Assembly: GCA_040954595.2 (NCBI GenBank)
Contig: CM082590.2
Location: 6,014,001 to 6,078,000 of the forward strand
Length of the DNA stretch: 64,000 nt
Source of the DNA: Balanoglossus misakiensis
Taxonomy: Eukaryota > Animalia > Hemichordata
Direction of reading: 5' to 3'
Part shown: positions 36,479 to 49,659 of the stretch, piece by piece
How positions within the stretch are numbered: the stretch's first letter is position 1
Layout: the number at the start of each line of letters is the position of its first letter
Position numbers and translations under genes: made by a program
The notes under the pieces: generated by a model
What the model was told of the DNA's origin: nothing
The model's input: the letters and a program-made list of their open reading frames with translations, nothing else
Database searches by the model: none

Positions 36479-37766
36479 TTAATATGGGGATTGGAGCGGT
36501 AAAAGACTCAGAAAACCTCCGGTACTTACGCCTTATGCCATTCCACTTACGTTGCCAGCGGGTCCCCTTGTATTCCTTCACTAAATCAACTTCTACCACG
36601 TAGAATATTATCACCATGTTCACGTTTCTTAGGTTGGGAAAGAGCACTCACATTTAGCGATTTTAATACTTGTATATAGTTCAGTGCCTACATTTGCATG
36701 GGCTAATGTTTTTACAGTTTGAAAAAAAAATTATGATAATTAGCCCAAAAGTTGCAGCTTATGTGCCTTTAATGGATCTGACGAATATAATGTGAATTTA
36801 AAATACAAACGACATATATCTGAGTGATACTTTTTGTTATGTTTTAGCATTATGAAGCTGACTTTTCATTCTTGTTTTGTAAACCAATCATCTTGTGCAG
36901 GTGGTGTAGAACTGTTTCTAGTCGAACACCATTAACATCAATTGAATAAAAAACACAGTCAATTGATTAAGCCATGAACAATGTGTTTAGCTGAATACAA
37001 CTTCTCTGGTGAAATCTGACGCATGGAATGCCAGAGACAAAGAACATGTAGAAGAATATGTAGAACTTCATGACCTCTGCGCGTGATCTGTGCCGTACAG
37101 AAGTTATCTTTATGAGTGATGCGGTGTATTGAAAGGAACTACTTTTTTCATTCTCTCTGTACGTGTTGTCGGTCATTCCATGGACGTCCATGGTCATTCT
37201 TATGATGAAGGACAGTCATCTGTGTGGTTTATCTCACAAAACAATGCATTCCAAAGAATGGTGTTTGTTGACCCTGGCCCGGTTTCTTTTACAAAAACGT
37301 GCTCATCAAACCGCGACTTCATAAGTGTACTCACGGTCACCAAACTCAAAGGTGCACTTTATAGTACAGTATAACCCAGAAAGTATATCTCGGTTTTTTG
37401 GCAACGAACCAATCAGTCTTGTTATGCAAAACACTTTCATCACGTGCCTTTGTTGCACTGTTTATATATAGAGAGTTCTGTTGCCATCGTCCCAGTAGTT
37501 CGCGCACTTCTGCATTGAAGACAACTTCCAAATACATCACTGGTTGTAACACTGAAGCTGAAAAAAATGGGGTAGGTTTCAAAATCCAGTTGTTTTGCTT
37601 AGGTACCATACTGCAGCTGTCATAACGAAATATCGCCAATGTCGTGTTACTTAGTATCGCCGTGATGGATCAGATGCTTTGCTCATTTTGTTAAATATCT
37701 GCATTGATAACTTCAACATTTGCTTTACGTGAACTTGGTGGACTTTTTATCTTTAAACTTTGTTAA

Positions 37767-38099
37767 AGGGACAAAGTGTCTCTCTCGCTGCCCTTTTTCC
37801 ATTAATAATATTTGATAAGAGACACTGTTTATATTATTTTACAAGTGGATATATAGTGAGTCAACGTTCAACCACACACAACTTCAATCCAACTTGTAGA
37901 CACGAGAGTGAAAAACTCGCCTAAATGAATATCGGTGTTTACCATTTATTCATTTTGGCTAGATTTTTACTCTTATATCCTACAAACGGGATGAAAGTTG
38001 TGTTTGGTCGAATATTGATTCGCTATATATCCCCATGTAGAATAACATAAACAGTGTCTTGCATCAAACATAATTAAGTGAGAGAGAGACTTTGTCCCT
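37767..38099. mobile_element. TTAA-target (Kolobok-like) MITE in unit 2 of the 1621-bp repeat
   Basis: Same TIRs and TTAA flanks as 36146-36478. Confidence 0.85.
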
Positions 38100-39378
38100 T
38101 TAATATGGGGATTGGAGCGGTAAAAGACTCAGAAAACCTCCGGTACTTACGCCTTATGCCATTCCACTTACGTTGCCAGCGGGTCCCCTTGTATTCCTTC
38201 ACTAAATCAACTTCTACCACGTAGAATATTATCACCATGTTCACGTTTCTTAGGTTGGGAAAGAGCACTCACATTTAGCGATTTTAATACTTGTATATAG
38301 TTCAGTGCCTACATTTGCATGGGCTAATGTTTTTACAGTTTGAAAAAAAAATTATGATAATTAGCCCAAAAGTTGCAGCTTATGTGCCTTTAATGGATCT
38401 GACGAATATAATGTGAATTTAAAATACAAACGACATATATCTGAGTGATACTTTTTGTTATGTTTTAGCATTATGAAGCTGACTTTTCATTCTTGTTTTG
38501 TAAACCAATCATCTTGTGCAGGTGGTGTAGAACTGTTTCTAGTCGAACACCATTAACATCAATTGAATAAAAAACACAGTCAATTGATTAAGCCATGAAC
38601 AATGTGTTTAGCTGAATACAACTTCTCTGGTGAAATCTGACGCATGGAATGCCAGAGACAAAGAACATGTAGAAGAATATGTAGAACTTCATGACCTCTG
38701 CGCGTGATCTGTGCCGTACAGAAGTTATCTTTATGAGTGATGCGGTGTATTGAAAGGAACTACTTTTTTCATTCTCTCTGTACGTGTTGTCGGTCATTCC
38801 ATGGACGTCCATGGTCATTCTTGTGATGAAGGACAGTCATCTGTGTGGTTTATCTCACAAAACAATGCATTCCAAACAATGGTGTTTGTTGACCCTGGCC
38901 CGGTTTCTTTTACAAAAACGTGCTCATCAAACCGCGACTTCATAAGTGTACTCACGGTCACCAAACTCAAAGGTGCACTTTATAGTACAGTATAACCCAG
39001 AAAGTATATCTCGGTTTTTTGGCAACGAACCAATCAGTCTTGTTATGCAAAACACTTTGTTGCACTGTTTATATATAGAGAGTTCTGTTGCCATCGTCCC
39101 ATAGTTCGCGCACTTCTGCATTGAAGACAACTTCCAAATACATCACTGTTTGTAACACTGAAGCTGAAAAATGGGGTAGGTTTCAAAATTCAGTGGTTTT
39201 ACTTGGCTAACATACTCTTTGCTGTCATGACGAAATATCGCCTGCTGACATTTTCATTTTACTCAGTATCGTTGTGATGGATCAGATGCTTTGGTCTTTC
39301 TGTTAAATATCTGCATTGATAACTTCAACATTTGCTTTACGTGAACTTGGTGGACTTTTTATCTTTAAACTTTGTTAA

Positions 39379-39709
39379 AGGGACAAAGTGTCTCTCGCTG
39401 CCCTTTTTCCATTAATAATATTTGATAAGAGACACTGTTTATATTATTCTACAAGTGGATATATAGCGAGTCAACGTTCAACCACACACAACTTCAATCC
39501 AACTTGTAGGCACGAGAGTGAAAAACTCGCCTAAATGAATATCGGTGTTTACCATTTATTCATTTTGGCTAGATTTTTACTCTTATATCCTACAAACGGG
39601 ATGAAAGTTGTGTGTGGTCGAACATTGATTCGCTATATATTCACATGTAGAATAACATAAACAGTGTCTTGCATCAAACATAATTAAGTGAGAGAGAGAC
39701 TTTGTCCCT
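39379..39709. mobile_element. TTAA-target (Kolobok-like) MITE in unit 3 of the 1621-bp repeat
   Basis: Same TIRs and TTAA flanks as 36146-36478. Confidence 0.85.
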
Positions 39710-40244
39710 TTAATATGGGGATTGGAGCGGTAAAAGACTCAGAAAACCTCCCGGTACTTATGCCTTATGCCATTCCACTCACGTTGCCAGCGGGTCCCTT
39801 TGTATTCCTTCACGAAATCAACTTCTACCACGTAGAATATTATCACCATGTACACGTTTCTTAGGTTGGGAAAGAGCACTTATATTTAGCGATTTTAATA
39901 CTTGTATATAGTTCAGTGCCTACATTTGCATGGGCTAATGTTTGTACAGTTTGAAAACAAATTATGATAATTATCCCCAAAGTTGTAGCTTATGTGCCTT
40001 TAAAAGCCTTACTCAACAGTGGGTCAAATCTTTTGTTTTCAGAAACAGTTACGTGCTAAGACAAAGGCTTTCATGTTTGAAACCATTGTTCTGCCCTGGG
40101 ATCGAGAGATGGGCTTTTAATGAAGGTATTTTCTTGAACAAATTGCGTGTATTGAATACAGGTGAGAGAAACCCAAGATGTGACTGACGCTGCGTGTTTG
40201 TAATGTTTCACTCCTTTTCTTTGCATTCATTCATTCAATCACAG

Positions 40245-40315
40245 ATCCCTCTGCCTGCCACTGGCTCTTGTCTCCCTACTCGGTTTCCTGTCTATATGCC
40301 AGGCTCAAATTCCAG
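40245..40315 (+). CDS. Signal-peptide exon (SLCLPLALVSLLGFLSICQA/QIP) of a secreted or surface protein; ATG exon not located
   Basis: Pyrimidine-rich tcacag| acceptor and CCAG|gtatgt donor; starts phase 2, ends phase 1, matching the next exon; hydrophobic core and C-Q-A cleavage-type motif. Confidence 0.65.
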
Positions 40316-41630
40316 GTATGTGTACACTGCAAAAAAATATAGCTGCAAGCAGCAGTAGCAGGGCCCTCGCCAAACTGGCACATGGCGTGAATGGGGTCAA
40401 CATAGGTCAACCATCGAATTTGCGCACCATAACAGTGGAAGAGGTCAAGTGTGAGACTCCATCAGGTGTTCCATCCCTCCAAATGCCAAGGCTGTATGTG
40501 CTCTGGATGCCGAGATATGGGAAAGTAGGTCAGGGTCACCTAAGGTCACCCAACATTTCGGCAAAAAATATTGACCCCATACTGGTTCATGTCCAACATA
40601 AACCAGACCTCTAGCCATATTGGTTATCCTGGAATTCGATATGTACATAATTAATGAGATAAGCAGGTGTCACAGGTAACACCAAAATTTTACTTTTTAT
40701 TTTGGTCAAATGCTGCACCGACCAGAATTCCACAGTAAGGTAAATTAATTAATAAAAAGTAATAAAACAATCCGTCCATGTCTCATGGTAAGGCTTTTCG
40801 TGTGTTAGGTTTTATCAATTTTTAGAAACTAGTTTTAGTCAAGATATTTTCATTAGGTAAATTAACTGTGTAATCTTTTGCAATCTCTTCGATTTGCGAT
40901 TATTTGTCATAGTCTTAGCATGAATGTATCTCGCTTATAGCTCCATGTTGTATTTAATATATAGTTTTCAACGAATTTCTGTGTTATCGAGGCACCAGAG
41001 GAAGACTGTTTCAATGTATTTTTATGTGTTGTCAATTTTTAAATGGTAAATAAATCAAATAAACAACATTATAACACACCATGCAGCGAACCCTCGATCG
41101 TGATTCGTCAATACGCCGTCACCTTAGTAATTTCGAACTGTTCTCTTTGGCATCAGTTCAATCGGTTTCTGCCCGGTACTGTTGCCCCGTCTTGATATAA
41201 TTCCGTGTTTGGTGTGTTATAAAACACATGGTGACTGACATATTCGGGCAACAGTGTATTTTTGATGACCTCGGGACTGCCAGTCACACCAAAACAGTCT
41301 GTTTTAGTTGTGACTAGCAGCGCCCTCGGTCATCAAAATACACTAGCCTTCATTGTCAGTATACTGATCACTGGGCGTAATCGTTCACGCTGTGTACCAG
41401 CCAGCCGGTCAATTCCCGAAAGTAGTTCCGGTCACACAATGAAAATCGGTCCATGTATTTCCACTAGTAAAATAGACCCTGAAGACTCGTCATACCCTCA
41501 CTGTTAAACACAAGCAGGTGGAAACAAACCATTAAATACTGGTAATAGCATATAAATGCATCATCAATTTCGAATTAATACTTGATTATGTACAAATGTA
41601 GATATCAGTGTTGTTTGTTTCGTGTTTCAG

Positions 41631-42032
41631 ATGACATGGCAGCGACAACATTAACGGTAACCGTACCAGACCCAACAACAGGTGGATTTACAGATGGGAC
41701 GGGTGTATTTACCACCTTTACACTGGCATATACTGTAACAGGGGCTGGAGCAACACCTAGCGCTGTGAAGATCTACTTCAGCAACGCAGACGGCTCAACA
41801 AAGTCGGGTGAAGTCACGGCAGGTGGTATGGATGCACCGCGCGGCACTATACAATACGGAGCTTCTGGGAGTTTCCGGGACCTCACGGCTTCGCTAATAC
41901 TCTACACCGCTAACTGTGCCGCATACACCAAACTGTGTGCTGCCATCACAGTGACGGATGATGACGCCACCAACAACGAGGCGTGTGTTGACTTTGGCGC
42001 TGGCGCTGACAAAGCCGGCACCAAAATCTGTA
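41631..42032 (+). CDS. Extracellular Thr/Gly/Ala-rich Cys-containing domain, copy 1 (134 codons)
   Basis: tttcag| acceptor and TGTA|gtgagt donor; phase 1-1; lies within ORF 41582..42121; paralogous to 43090-43500. Confidence 0.85.
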
Positions 42033-42375
42033 GTGAGTATTACATTATTGCGAAACTATTCTTTACTATCAATCACGTGATCTGGCCACTAAAACAAATG
42101 GATGTAAATGTACTCCACTGAGACATTATAGTTTTCTTTTTCATTGAAATATTTCACTTTCTTTTTTTAAAATTGCCTGAATTTCTGACTGTACTGAGAT
42201 TTCTTTAATTTTTTGGCAATTTGTCATAAATGTTATCTTAATATACTAACAGACAAAATAAGCTCAATTGTCTCTAAGAAATACATTTACATAACTGCAG
42301 AATCTTTGGAAAACATGAATATTCCTTTATCGTATCTGATTGTTATTGGACGGTGGTGACATGCATGCACATTAA

Positions 42376-42725
42376 AGGGACAAAGCCCCCTCTCGCTGCC
42401 CGTTTGCCATTAATTATGTTTGATAGCAGACAACGTTAATGTAATTATACAATGTGGATATATATATATATAGTGAATCAACGTTCAACCACACACAACT
42501 TTCATCCCACTTATAGACATAAGAGTGAACAACTCGCCAAAATGAATAATCGGTATCTGCTATTTATTCATTTTGGCGAGATTTTTACTCCCATATCCTA
42601 CAAACGGGATGGAAGATGTGTGTGGTCGAACGTTGATTCACTATATATCCACATATAGAATAACATAAACGGTGTATCAAACATAATTAATGGAAAAAGG
42701 GCAGCGAGAGAGTGATTTTGTCCCT
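42376..42725. mobile_element. Complete TTAA-target (Kolobok-like) MITE, intronic
   Basis: TTAA|AGGGACAAAGCCCCCTCTCGCTGCCC ... GGGCAGCGAGAGAGTGATTTTGTCCCT|TTAA. Confidence 0.85.
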
Positions 42726-42729
42726 TTAA

Positions 42730-42971
42730 TTAACCCTAACACTGCCAAGTCGGTTGAAACTGGTTTGATTTCCAGGGTGCCTAGAATCCTGGTTCCCAGG
42801 CCTGTTAGACTGCCAAGTGTGTGTTAATCAGTAGGGCCTCTACAAGACCCTTAACCCTAACACTGCCAAGTCAGTTGAAACTGGTTTGATTTCCAGGGTG
42901 CCTAGAATCCTGGCTCCCAGGCCTGTTAGACTGCCAAGTGTGTGTTAATCAGTAGGGCCTATACGAGACCC
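42730..42971 (+). repeat. Two 121-bp tandem copies starting TTAACCCT (piggyBac-like MITE end)
   Basis: ttaaccctaacactgccaagtc at 42730 and 42851; near-identical copies. Confidence 0.8.
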
Positions 42972-43089
42972 TCAGACCAAACCAGTGCAAATCGGTACGA
43001 TGGCGGCGAGAGAGAGACTTTCTCCATTTAAATTTGAAACACAAATGAAAGTGCAAAGTAACTGAGCAACACCGTGTCATCCTTTTTAG

Positions 43090-43500
43090 ATGATATTGCT
43101 GCTTCGACATTGACGGTAACATCGCCTACTCCTGCAACTGGGATATTCCGCGTTGGAGAATCCGTCTCCACCACTTTCACATTGGCATGTACAGTAACTG
43201 GAAATGGCGGGTCGCCTAGTGACGTCAAAGTGTATTTCAGCAATGCCGATGGCTCCATGAAATCAACCGAAGTGACCGCGACTGGGAGCAATGCACCTGG
43301 TGGGACAGCAGTAACGGCGTCCGGAAGTTACGCTGATCTGGTCGCGTCACTTACCCTCGACGCTGCTAACTGCGATGCCTACACCAAAGTCTGTGGGTCA
43401 ATCACAGTGACAGATGATGACGTCACCAACAACGTGGCCTGTGCTGGTTTTGGTACCACTGCTGCTCAGGCAGGGACGAAGAACTGCACTGCAGATGCAG
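43090..43500 (+). CDS. Extracellular Thr/Gly/Ala-rich Cys-containing domain, copy 2 (137 codons); downstream exon not located
   Basis: tttttag| acceptor and GCAG|gtaacg donor; phase 1-1; shares YFSNADGS, ANCxAYTKxC, ITVTDDDxTNNxAC and AGTKxC with copy 1. Confidence 0.85.
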
Positions 43501-43750
43501 GTAACGCCTGAATTTATTCAGTGTATGTCCAGCACCAGCAATGATGAAAAATTAAAGGCCAAACACGCTCAGAATGGGAACACATGCTCGCATGTTTTCG
43601 TTTTCTAAAACAGAATATAAAGGCTGATGACTCAACTAAGTACAAACAACTTTTCTGATTATAGAGAAGAAATAGTACTTTTGGCTCTAAACTGATTTTC
43701 CTGGGGTGAATAATTATGTTTTTGTTGTTGATTGATTGTTTGTTTGTCTG

Positions 43751-44917
43751 GTTGTTGTTGTTGTTGTTCAGTTCAGGTGCACAACAGTGCACGTTTATTG
43801 CTTTCCAAGGCCTCCAGCCCATAAGCAAGGGGGTATAAAGGTAATAAGAAGATTGTACAAAAATGAATTAAATAATACATGTACTCAAATAGTACAAGTG
43901 ACAACATCAAAAAGCAAATGTGTGGAATTACATACTCAGGATATACAAAGTGAGGAACTTAACAGCTTATTGTATGGATTCATGGTTTTTTAACACAGTT
44001 TCTCTAAGTTTAAAAGCATTGTAAACATAATTACATAGCGAAAGAATATTGGAGGATTCTGATGCACTCATGAAGTTTACAAACATTTGGAAGTGAGGAT
44101 TAATATTCTTAATGTCACCAATATATTGTTTCCTAAGATTATCATATAAGGGGCAAACAAGTAAAAAGTGATACTCGTCTTCTATTTGTTCACCAGAGCA
44201 TAGCCTACAGTGCCTCTCTGAAACGTCCACGTTCAGATGTCTTTCCTCCTCTATTTCAAGAGGAAGGGCAGAACATAGAAAACATTCAAAAATTTGTTTG
44301 ACATTTCGTGTACAGTTGACATTGAGATACTTTTCAGGCTGTAACAATGATTTAAAAAGTGTGTATGTACGGAGTTTGGTTTTGGACGAACAATGTGACT
44401 TCCATTGTTGCTTCAAAATATCTGAAATTCTTGTCTCGAATGCTGAAAGGAACAAACACTTATCGCCTATTTCCTGAGAAATCCAGGCGTGCCCGAACCC
44501 ATACAAAAATAAAATGTGTTTCAACGATGTTGCCCAAGTGTGACGGCCTTAACGGTCAAGAATACATAGCATTAAATATGGTTGCCTAGGGAGTCTTTCC
44601 TGTGGCATCTCTATAAGTTTCACCCAGTAACGAATACAACGTTTCATTGTGTGAACATACACTGGCAACCGCCCACATTCTCCAATCACAGCTTCATTGG
44701 TAGTGCTCCTTGGCACACCTAGAAAAATTCTGCACCATGTTCTTTGCACTTTTTCTATAATGTCATAAAACTGAAAACCCCAAGTCTCCGATCCATAACA
44801 GAGAATGGGTAAGATCATGGCATCAAACACCTTGAAGTGACATTCAAATTGCAAATACCCTAGTTTCCACCTGGCAACTGACAGCAGGGTCAACGCTTTG
44901 TTAGCTTGATTAGCCAA
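43751..44917 (-). mobile_element. 5'-truncated, disrupted non-LTR retrotransposon (L2/Crack-like LINE), ORF2 C-terminus, 3'UTR and simple-repeat tail
   Basis: ORFs 44549..44917 (PILCYGSETWG, IEKVQ, GECGRLP, IRYWVKL) and 43967..44524 (KLRTYTLFK, CRLC..EDEYHFLLVCPLY CCHC-type motif). Minus-strand AATAAA ~43794 is followed by a (CTGAA)2(CAA)n tail. Confidence 0.88.
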
Positions 44918-45190
44918 TCACTCAATAAATACATACAGTACGTGTTTTGAATAAGATGCAGTGGTTTAAAGTGCTGCCCAATAGATGTACTTCCTAAGTA
45001 CTGGCGACTTTAATATGCAGTACTTTTGAAGTCAATCTTCTGTAACATGCACAATAATCTACAGGAAATGAACCAATGCAATCATGAAGAGAAATGATGC
45101 TAAGGTTAAGTGATAAACACTGGTCCCTAATTTAAACTTGCCCATGTATTACATGAACAGTGGATGCATGTTATTAAATCAGATTTTACA

Positions 45191-47074
45191 CACTTGGAGT
45201 AGGTCGATCTTAAAAGTGTACCCTGTCGCCAATCATTACTCTAAAACATATTCAAGACCCAATGTGTAATCTTCAAGAATAAATCAACTGGTGTGCCAAA
45301 AATAAAGTGGCAATATAACGAAAATGTCCATGTGAGATTTATGAATTACCTAGTTTGTATCAATAGCTACTGGCATTACTGTACGGGTAACAACTTTATA
45401 AAATGTATGTAGTATCCCATCATGTTCTTAACAGTCTCTGAAAATAACAAGCTTTAAACGACATGTTTTCTTACTTTTCTAAATTTTTACCTATGACACC
45501 TGATTTTCTACAGTGTTAAGCCTATGGGGCACAAACATTTTGGTTTCATAATTATATTTTTATAAATTTTGTCGGCATTGATTAAATATTAATGTACTCC
45601 AGAATAGATAATTAATATGTCTATTCTTCCTGAAAAAATCAGTACTAAATCTCCTTTATTGTACATCTTAGGGTTGGGTCTTAAGTTTTATCATTTGTTC
45701 TATTCTTTAACATGCATAAAAACAAAAGAATCACTTAAACATCACTTTTTTGTTGGCACAAATATTAATTTATTCTTAAGGATACCACATCAGGTCTGCA
45801 ATATGTTTTAGAGCAGTAGTTGGCGATTTCAAAACAGGTTACACTTTAAAGATTGGCCCACTCTAAATGAGACAATGTAGACAAGAAGTTATAAAAGTAT
45901 AATTATGAAACAAAATGTTAGTGAACAATAGGCTTTACAATATAGAAAACAGGGTGTCATAGGTAAAAATTTAGAAATGTAAGAAAACATGTTGTTTAAT
46001 GCTTGTTATTTTCAGAATGTGTTAAGAACATGATGGGATACTTCATACATGTTTTTTAAAGTTGTTACATGAAGAGTAATGCCAATAGGTATTGAGTCAA
46101 AATAGGCGATTCATAAATCTGACAATGACAATTTTGATATATTTCAATATATGTTTGCAAAGTTGGTTTAAACACTTAGCATCATCCGATTTTAAAACTG
46201 TTTCATATGTATTATAAAGAACAATATGTATTTAAAATATTGTTAAAGTGTGCACTTCATTGCTGAATAAATAAAGAAACCAGAGTGGTACAAACAATGT
46301 CAATTTTGTGTGATAATATATGCTGTTAAAGGGGTCAAACAGCATTGTCTACTTTGTCGATTGACAGCGCCTTTCTTGGAACAATGCGGTTTCCTTATTC
46401 CTAACACTATCAATTTGATTCTTCAATCTGTTATGTATTTTTTATACCCTTTTCAAAACAGAAAACGTTTTTTAAATGCTAGGTGTTTAATGCGAATTTG
46501 CAAACAAATGGCAATATAACGAAAATGTCATTGTGAGATATATGAATTACCTATTTTGACTCAATAGCTACTGGCATTACTGTACATGTAACAACTTTAA
46601 AAAAAATGTATGGAGTATCCCATCATGTTCTTTACACACTCTGAAAATAACAAGCTTTAAACAACATGTTTTCTTACTTTCCAAAATTTTAACCTATGAC
46701 ACCCTGTTGTCTACAGTGTAAAGCCTATGGGGCACTGACATTATTTTTCATAATTACGGTTTTATAACTTCTTGTCTACATTTTTAAAAAAATAATGTAC
46801 TATAGCATAGAAAATTCAAATGTCTATACATCCTGAAAAAAACAGTACTCAAGCTACTTTCATTGTACTAATCAGGATAGGGTCACAAATATTATAATTT
46901 GTCCTATTCTTTAACATGCATAAAAAACAAAAGAATCACTTAAACATCACTTTATATTTAGCAAACCTATTAATTTATTCTAAAAGATACCAACTCGAGT
47001 CTTTAACATGTTTTAGAGCAGTAATTGACGATTTCAAAACACGTTACACTTTAAAGATCGGCCCACTCTAAGTG
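45191..47074. mobile_element. Cluster of decayed TIR-element copies with CAC...GTG termini (direct and inverted)
   Basis: CACTTGGAGTAGGTCGATCTTAAAAGTGTACCCTG (45191) is inverted to CAGGTTACACTTTAAAGATTGGCCCACTCTAAATG (ends 45869) and to a copy ending 47074. 45309-45870 repeats at 46509-47075; 45880-46140 is an inverted partial copy. Confidence 0.6.
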
Positions 47075-47170
47075 AGTCAGAAGTGATGTAAACTTAACCT
47101 AAAAAAACTGAGGATTTTGCCTCTCACCAAAATCCCTAAGTACCTAACCCTACACACGAAAAAAAGACCA

Positions 47171-47515
47171 TAACAAATTATAATCGTTGGCTCCCTGATT
47201 TCAATTCTACGATTTTTGAAAAACGGTTTCAGCGGTTAGAGAGCCAAGATTATAAGCTTTAAAACCATATATTGGATTGTTAGATAACTGTTAGAATAAG
47301 CATAAGACGAAGCCTTTTATAAAAAGTATTTGTCTGCAATTGGCCGAAACCCGGAAGTGAGTGCAAAATACGATCGTAACAAATAGTAATCGTTGGCTCT
47401 CTGATTTTATTTCTATGGTTTTTGGAAAACGGTTTTCAGGGTTAGAGAGCCCAGAATCTGAGCTTAAAAACTATGTATTTGATTGTAAGATATTCGTTAG
47501 AATAGCATAAAACAA
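47171..47515 (+). repeat. ~206-bp-period diverged tandem duplication
   Basis: taacaaat..taatcgttggctc.ctgattt...aaaacggttt...ggttagagagcc at 47171 and 47377. Confidence 0.8.
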
Positions 47516-49659
47516 ACCGGTTTTCGCCGAGTTTTCAACATAAAACTTGTCCCCAAAAACTTATTCCTTTGTTTTTATACATGTTAAGTCATGGGAGTTA
47601 TTTCAGTCTATTTTGCAGCATTATTTGAAATAATTAATGGTGTCCAATCTTAATAGTGTAAACTTTTCAATTTTCTATAACATCTCATAATGGTAATGCT
47701 TAAAATAAAAAATAATCTTAAAAAAGCAAAGTGTATATTTAAAAAAAAATCAGGATACAGTTAAGTTCGGGTGCACCACATACATGACAATAATTCCCAT
47801 CCACCGATTTCAAAAGTGTAACCTGTTTTTAAAAGAACATTTTCATATCTACAACATATTGAACAATCAAAGTGAAAGCTTTAGAAATAAACAAACTGGT
47901 GTGCTCCGAACAAAACAAGCATGACAATTTTAAAATGGTATGTTTTTGTAACCTACAACTCACACACTTAGCGACCTTCAATTTTAAAACTGAAACTAGT
48001 TTTGAAATCTGTTATGTCAACTTTATTAAATATGTGGGTTTGACAGCTGTATGTTTAATAACAATGAAATTGCACTAATTTAGAAAAGTCGCATTTTCGC
48101 CCATAGACAATACACAGGTAACATCAAAGTGGTCCCCAACACAGGTGTTTTTTAATAATTTTCCTAAATCTTGATGAATTTTAAAAAAATTAGTATAAAA
48201 AAAATCAGAATCAAAAATATAACAAACGTGCCAAAGGTTTTTCAAAATTCGGTGAAATAACGATTTTTATGCCAAAAATCATGCTTGTGAAGATTTTGCT
48301 TTTTTTTCTGATGCAGCCAGTTCACAGTAAGTATAAGAATTTTCCGAGCAAAGGTGATGTGAGGTGTTGTATTTGATTGACTGACCGCACATTCAGGACG
48401 CGTCACAACAACCACGCCTATTCGTTCACACACAGCAAACATGCAAACAGCAGACATCAAATCCTGTCTGGAGGATTATAGATAATATTCGGTCATACAA
48501 AATAAACAGGTCAACACAATCACGACCACCATCCTCCAATACAACCATAGACCCTAGAGTCTTTGATACAATCAAGCAAAACTAAATTGCATTGATTAAT
48601 TGCAGGTAGAGAAAATCTGCTAAATAATTTAATTAGAACTGAGCAAGAAAAGAACATGAACAGAAGACAAAATTGCAGCAAGGATAAAACATACTAGAAT
48701 ATGTTAAAGTAAATATTTAATCCCCTTTTGGTCAGTTATTAATGCTTCACAGCGCAGTGTCCGTCTCTAAAATTAAATAATTTTGGAAAGGAAGCTTAAG
48801 TGGGTAGGCCCTACGTGAATTGTTTGCTGGTGCCAGGAGTTGTTAGAATAAAATGACAATGTTTTTTTCTTAATTATCATGGCCCCTCCAATGATGTTTT
48901 TGAACGCTGCCTTAAACCGTAATAGCCTACAAAAAAGCCAAACGTTGCAATTTACATGTCAGATGGTTAATATAATATTTCCAGCATGAGTGTGTTCACC
49001 CTGCCTGACTTATATGTATTAGCTACTTACACCAAGATTTTCTGATGTGCAGTCAATGTGGCCTCTGTTTATATCAACAACTGATTATATTCTTATATTC
49101 CGCCACAGATATAAAAATGTCAAGCTTAGAATGTAAGCGTAGTAAGCTGTTTATTTCAAATGTATTAGAAATGTTGAATGATATCATGCATTGAAAAACA
49201 ATTCTGAGAAATGAATTAAACGGAATGGTGATAATATATTTATGTTCCAACCGGTACCAGTGGCTGCGCTGGATCACAGCCAGGTCATTGGTACAGGGAC
49301 AATCAGATGGACTTTGTAATTAGAGACAGAGTCGTCAATAGTTGAAATAATTAGTTATTCCACACTGGACATTCTGTTAGGTCTGTCCGGAGTGATTGAC
49401 GTCATTTTTTATCAGTTGAACTAAAAAATTAACCAATAAACAGCTTTGCACATTAACACACCCAGTCATTCTCATCTACCCACACCGGTTGTCGACATTA
49501 TTCGACTGGCCGTGAGCAGCATAAGATGTGGTGCTGTGTGACCGTGTAGAAACGTTCCGCCATTTGTTGTGACAGGTAAGATTGTATTTCTCTATTGCTA
49601 CTAACTCTGCTTTATATGTCTGCTGTAAGACTTAGTCAGAATAAGAGAGCGTTAAATAT

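Larger units (their letters stand above)
35033..40003 (+). repeat. Tandem repeat, 1621-bp period, three units plus a short partial fourth
   Basis: Near-identical ORFs at 35508/37129/38750 and 35725/37346; unit starts cactca.atttag near 35033, 36645, 38266 and 39877. Confidence 0.95.

Noticed and set aside
35229-39130. Repeated ORFs inside the 1621-bp units as a tandem gene array
   Set aside because: No recognisable motifs or splice-consistent exons; they recur only because the DNA duplication is recent, and they break in unit 3
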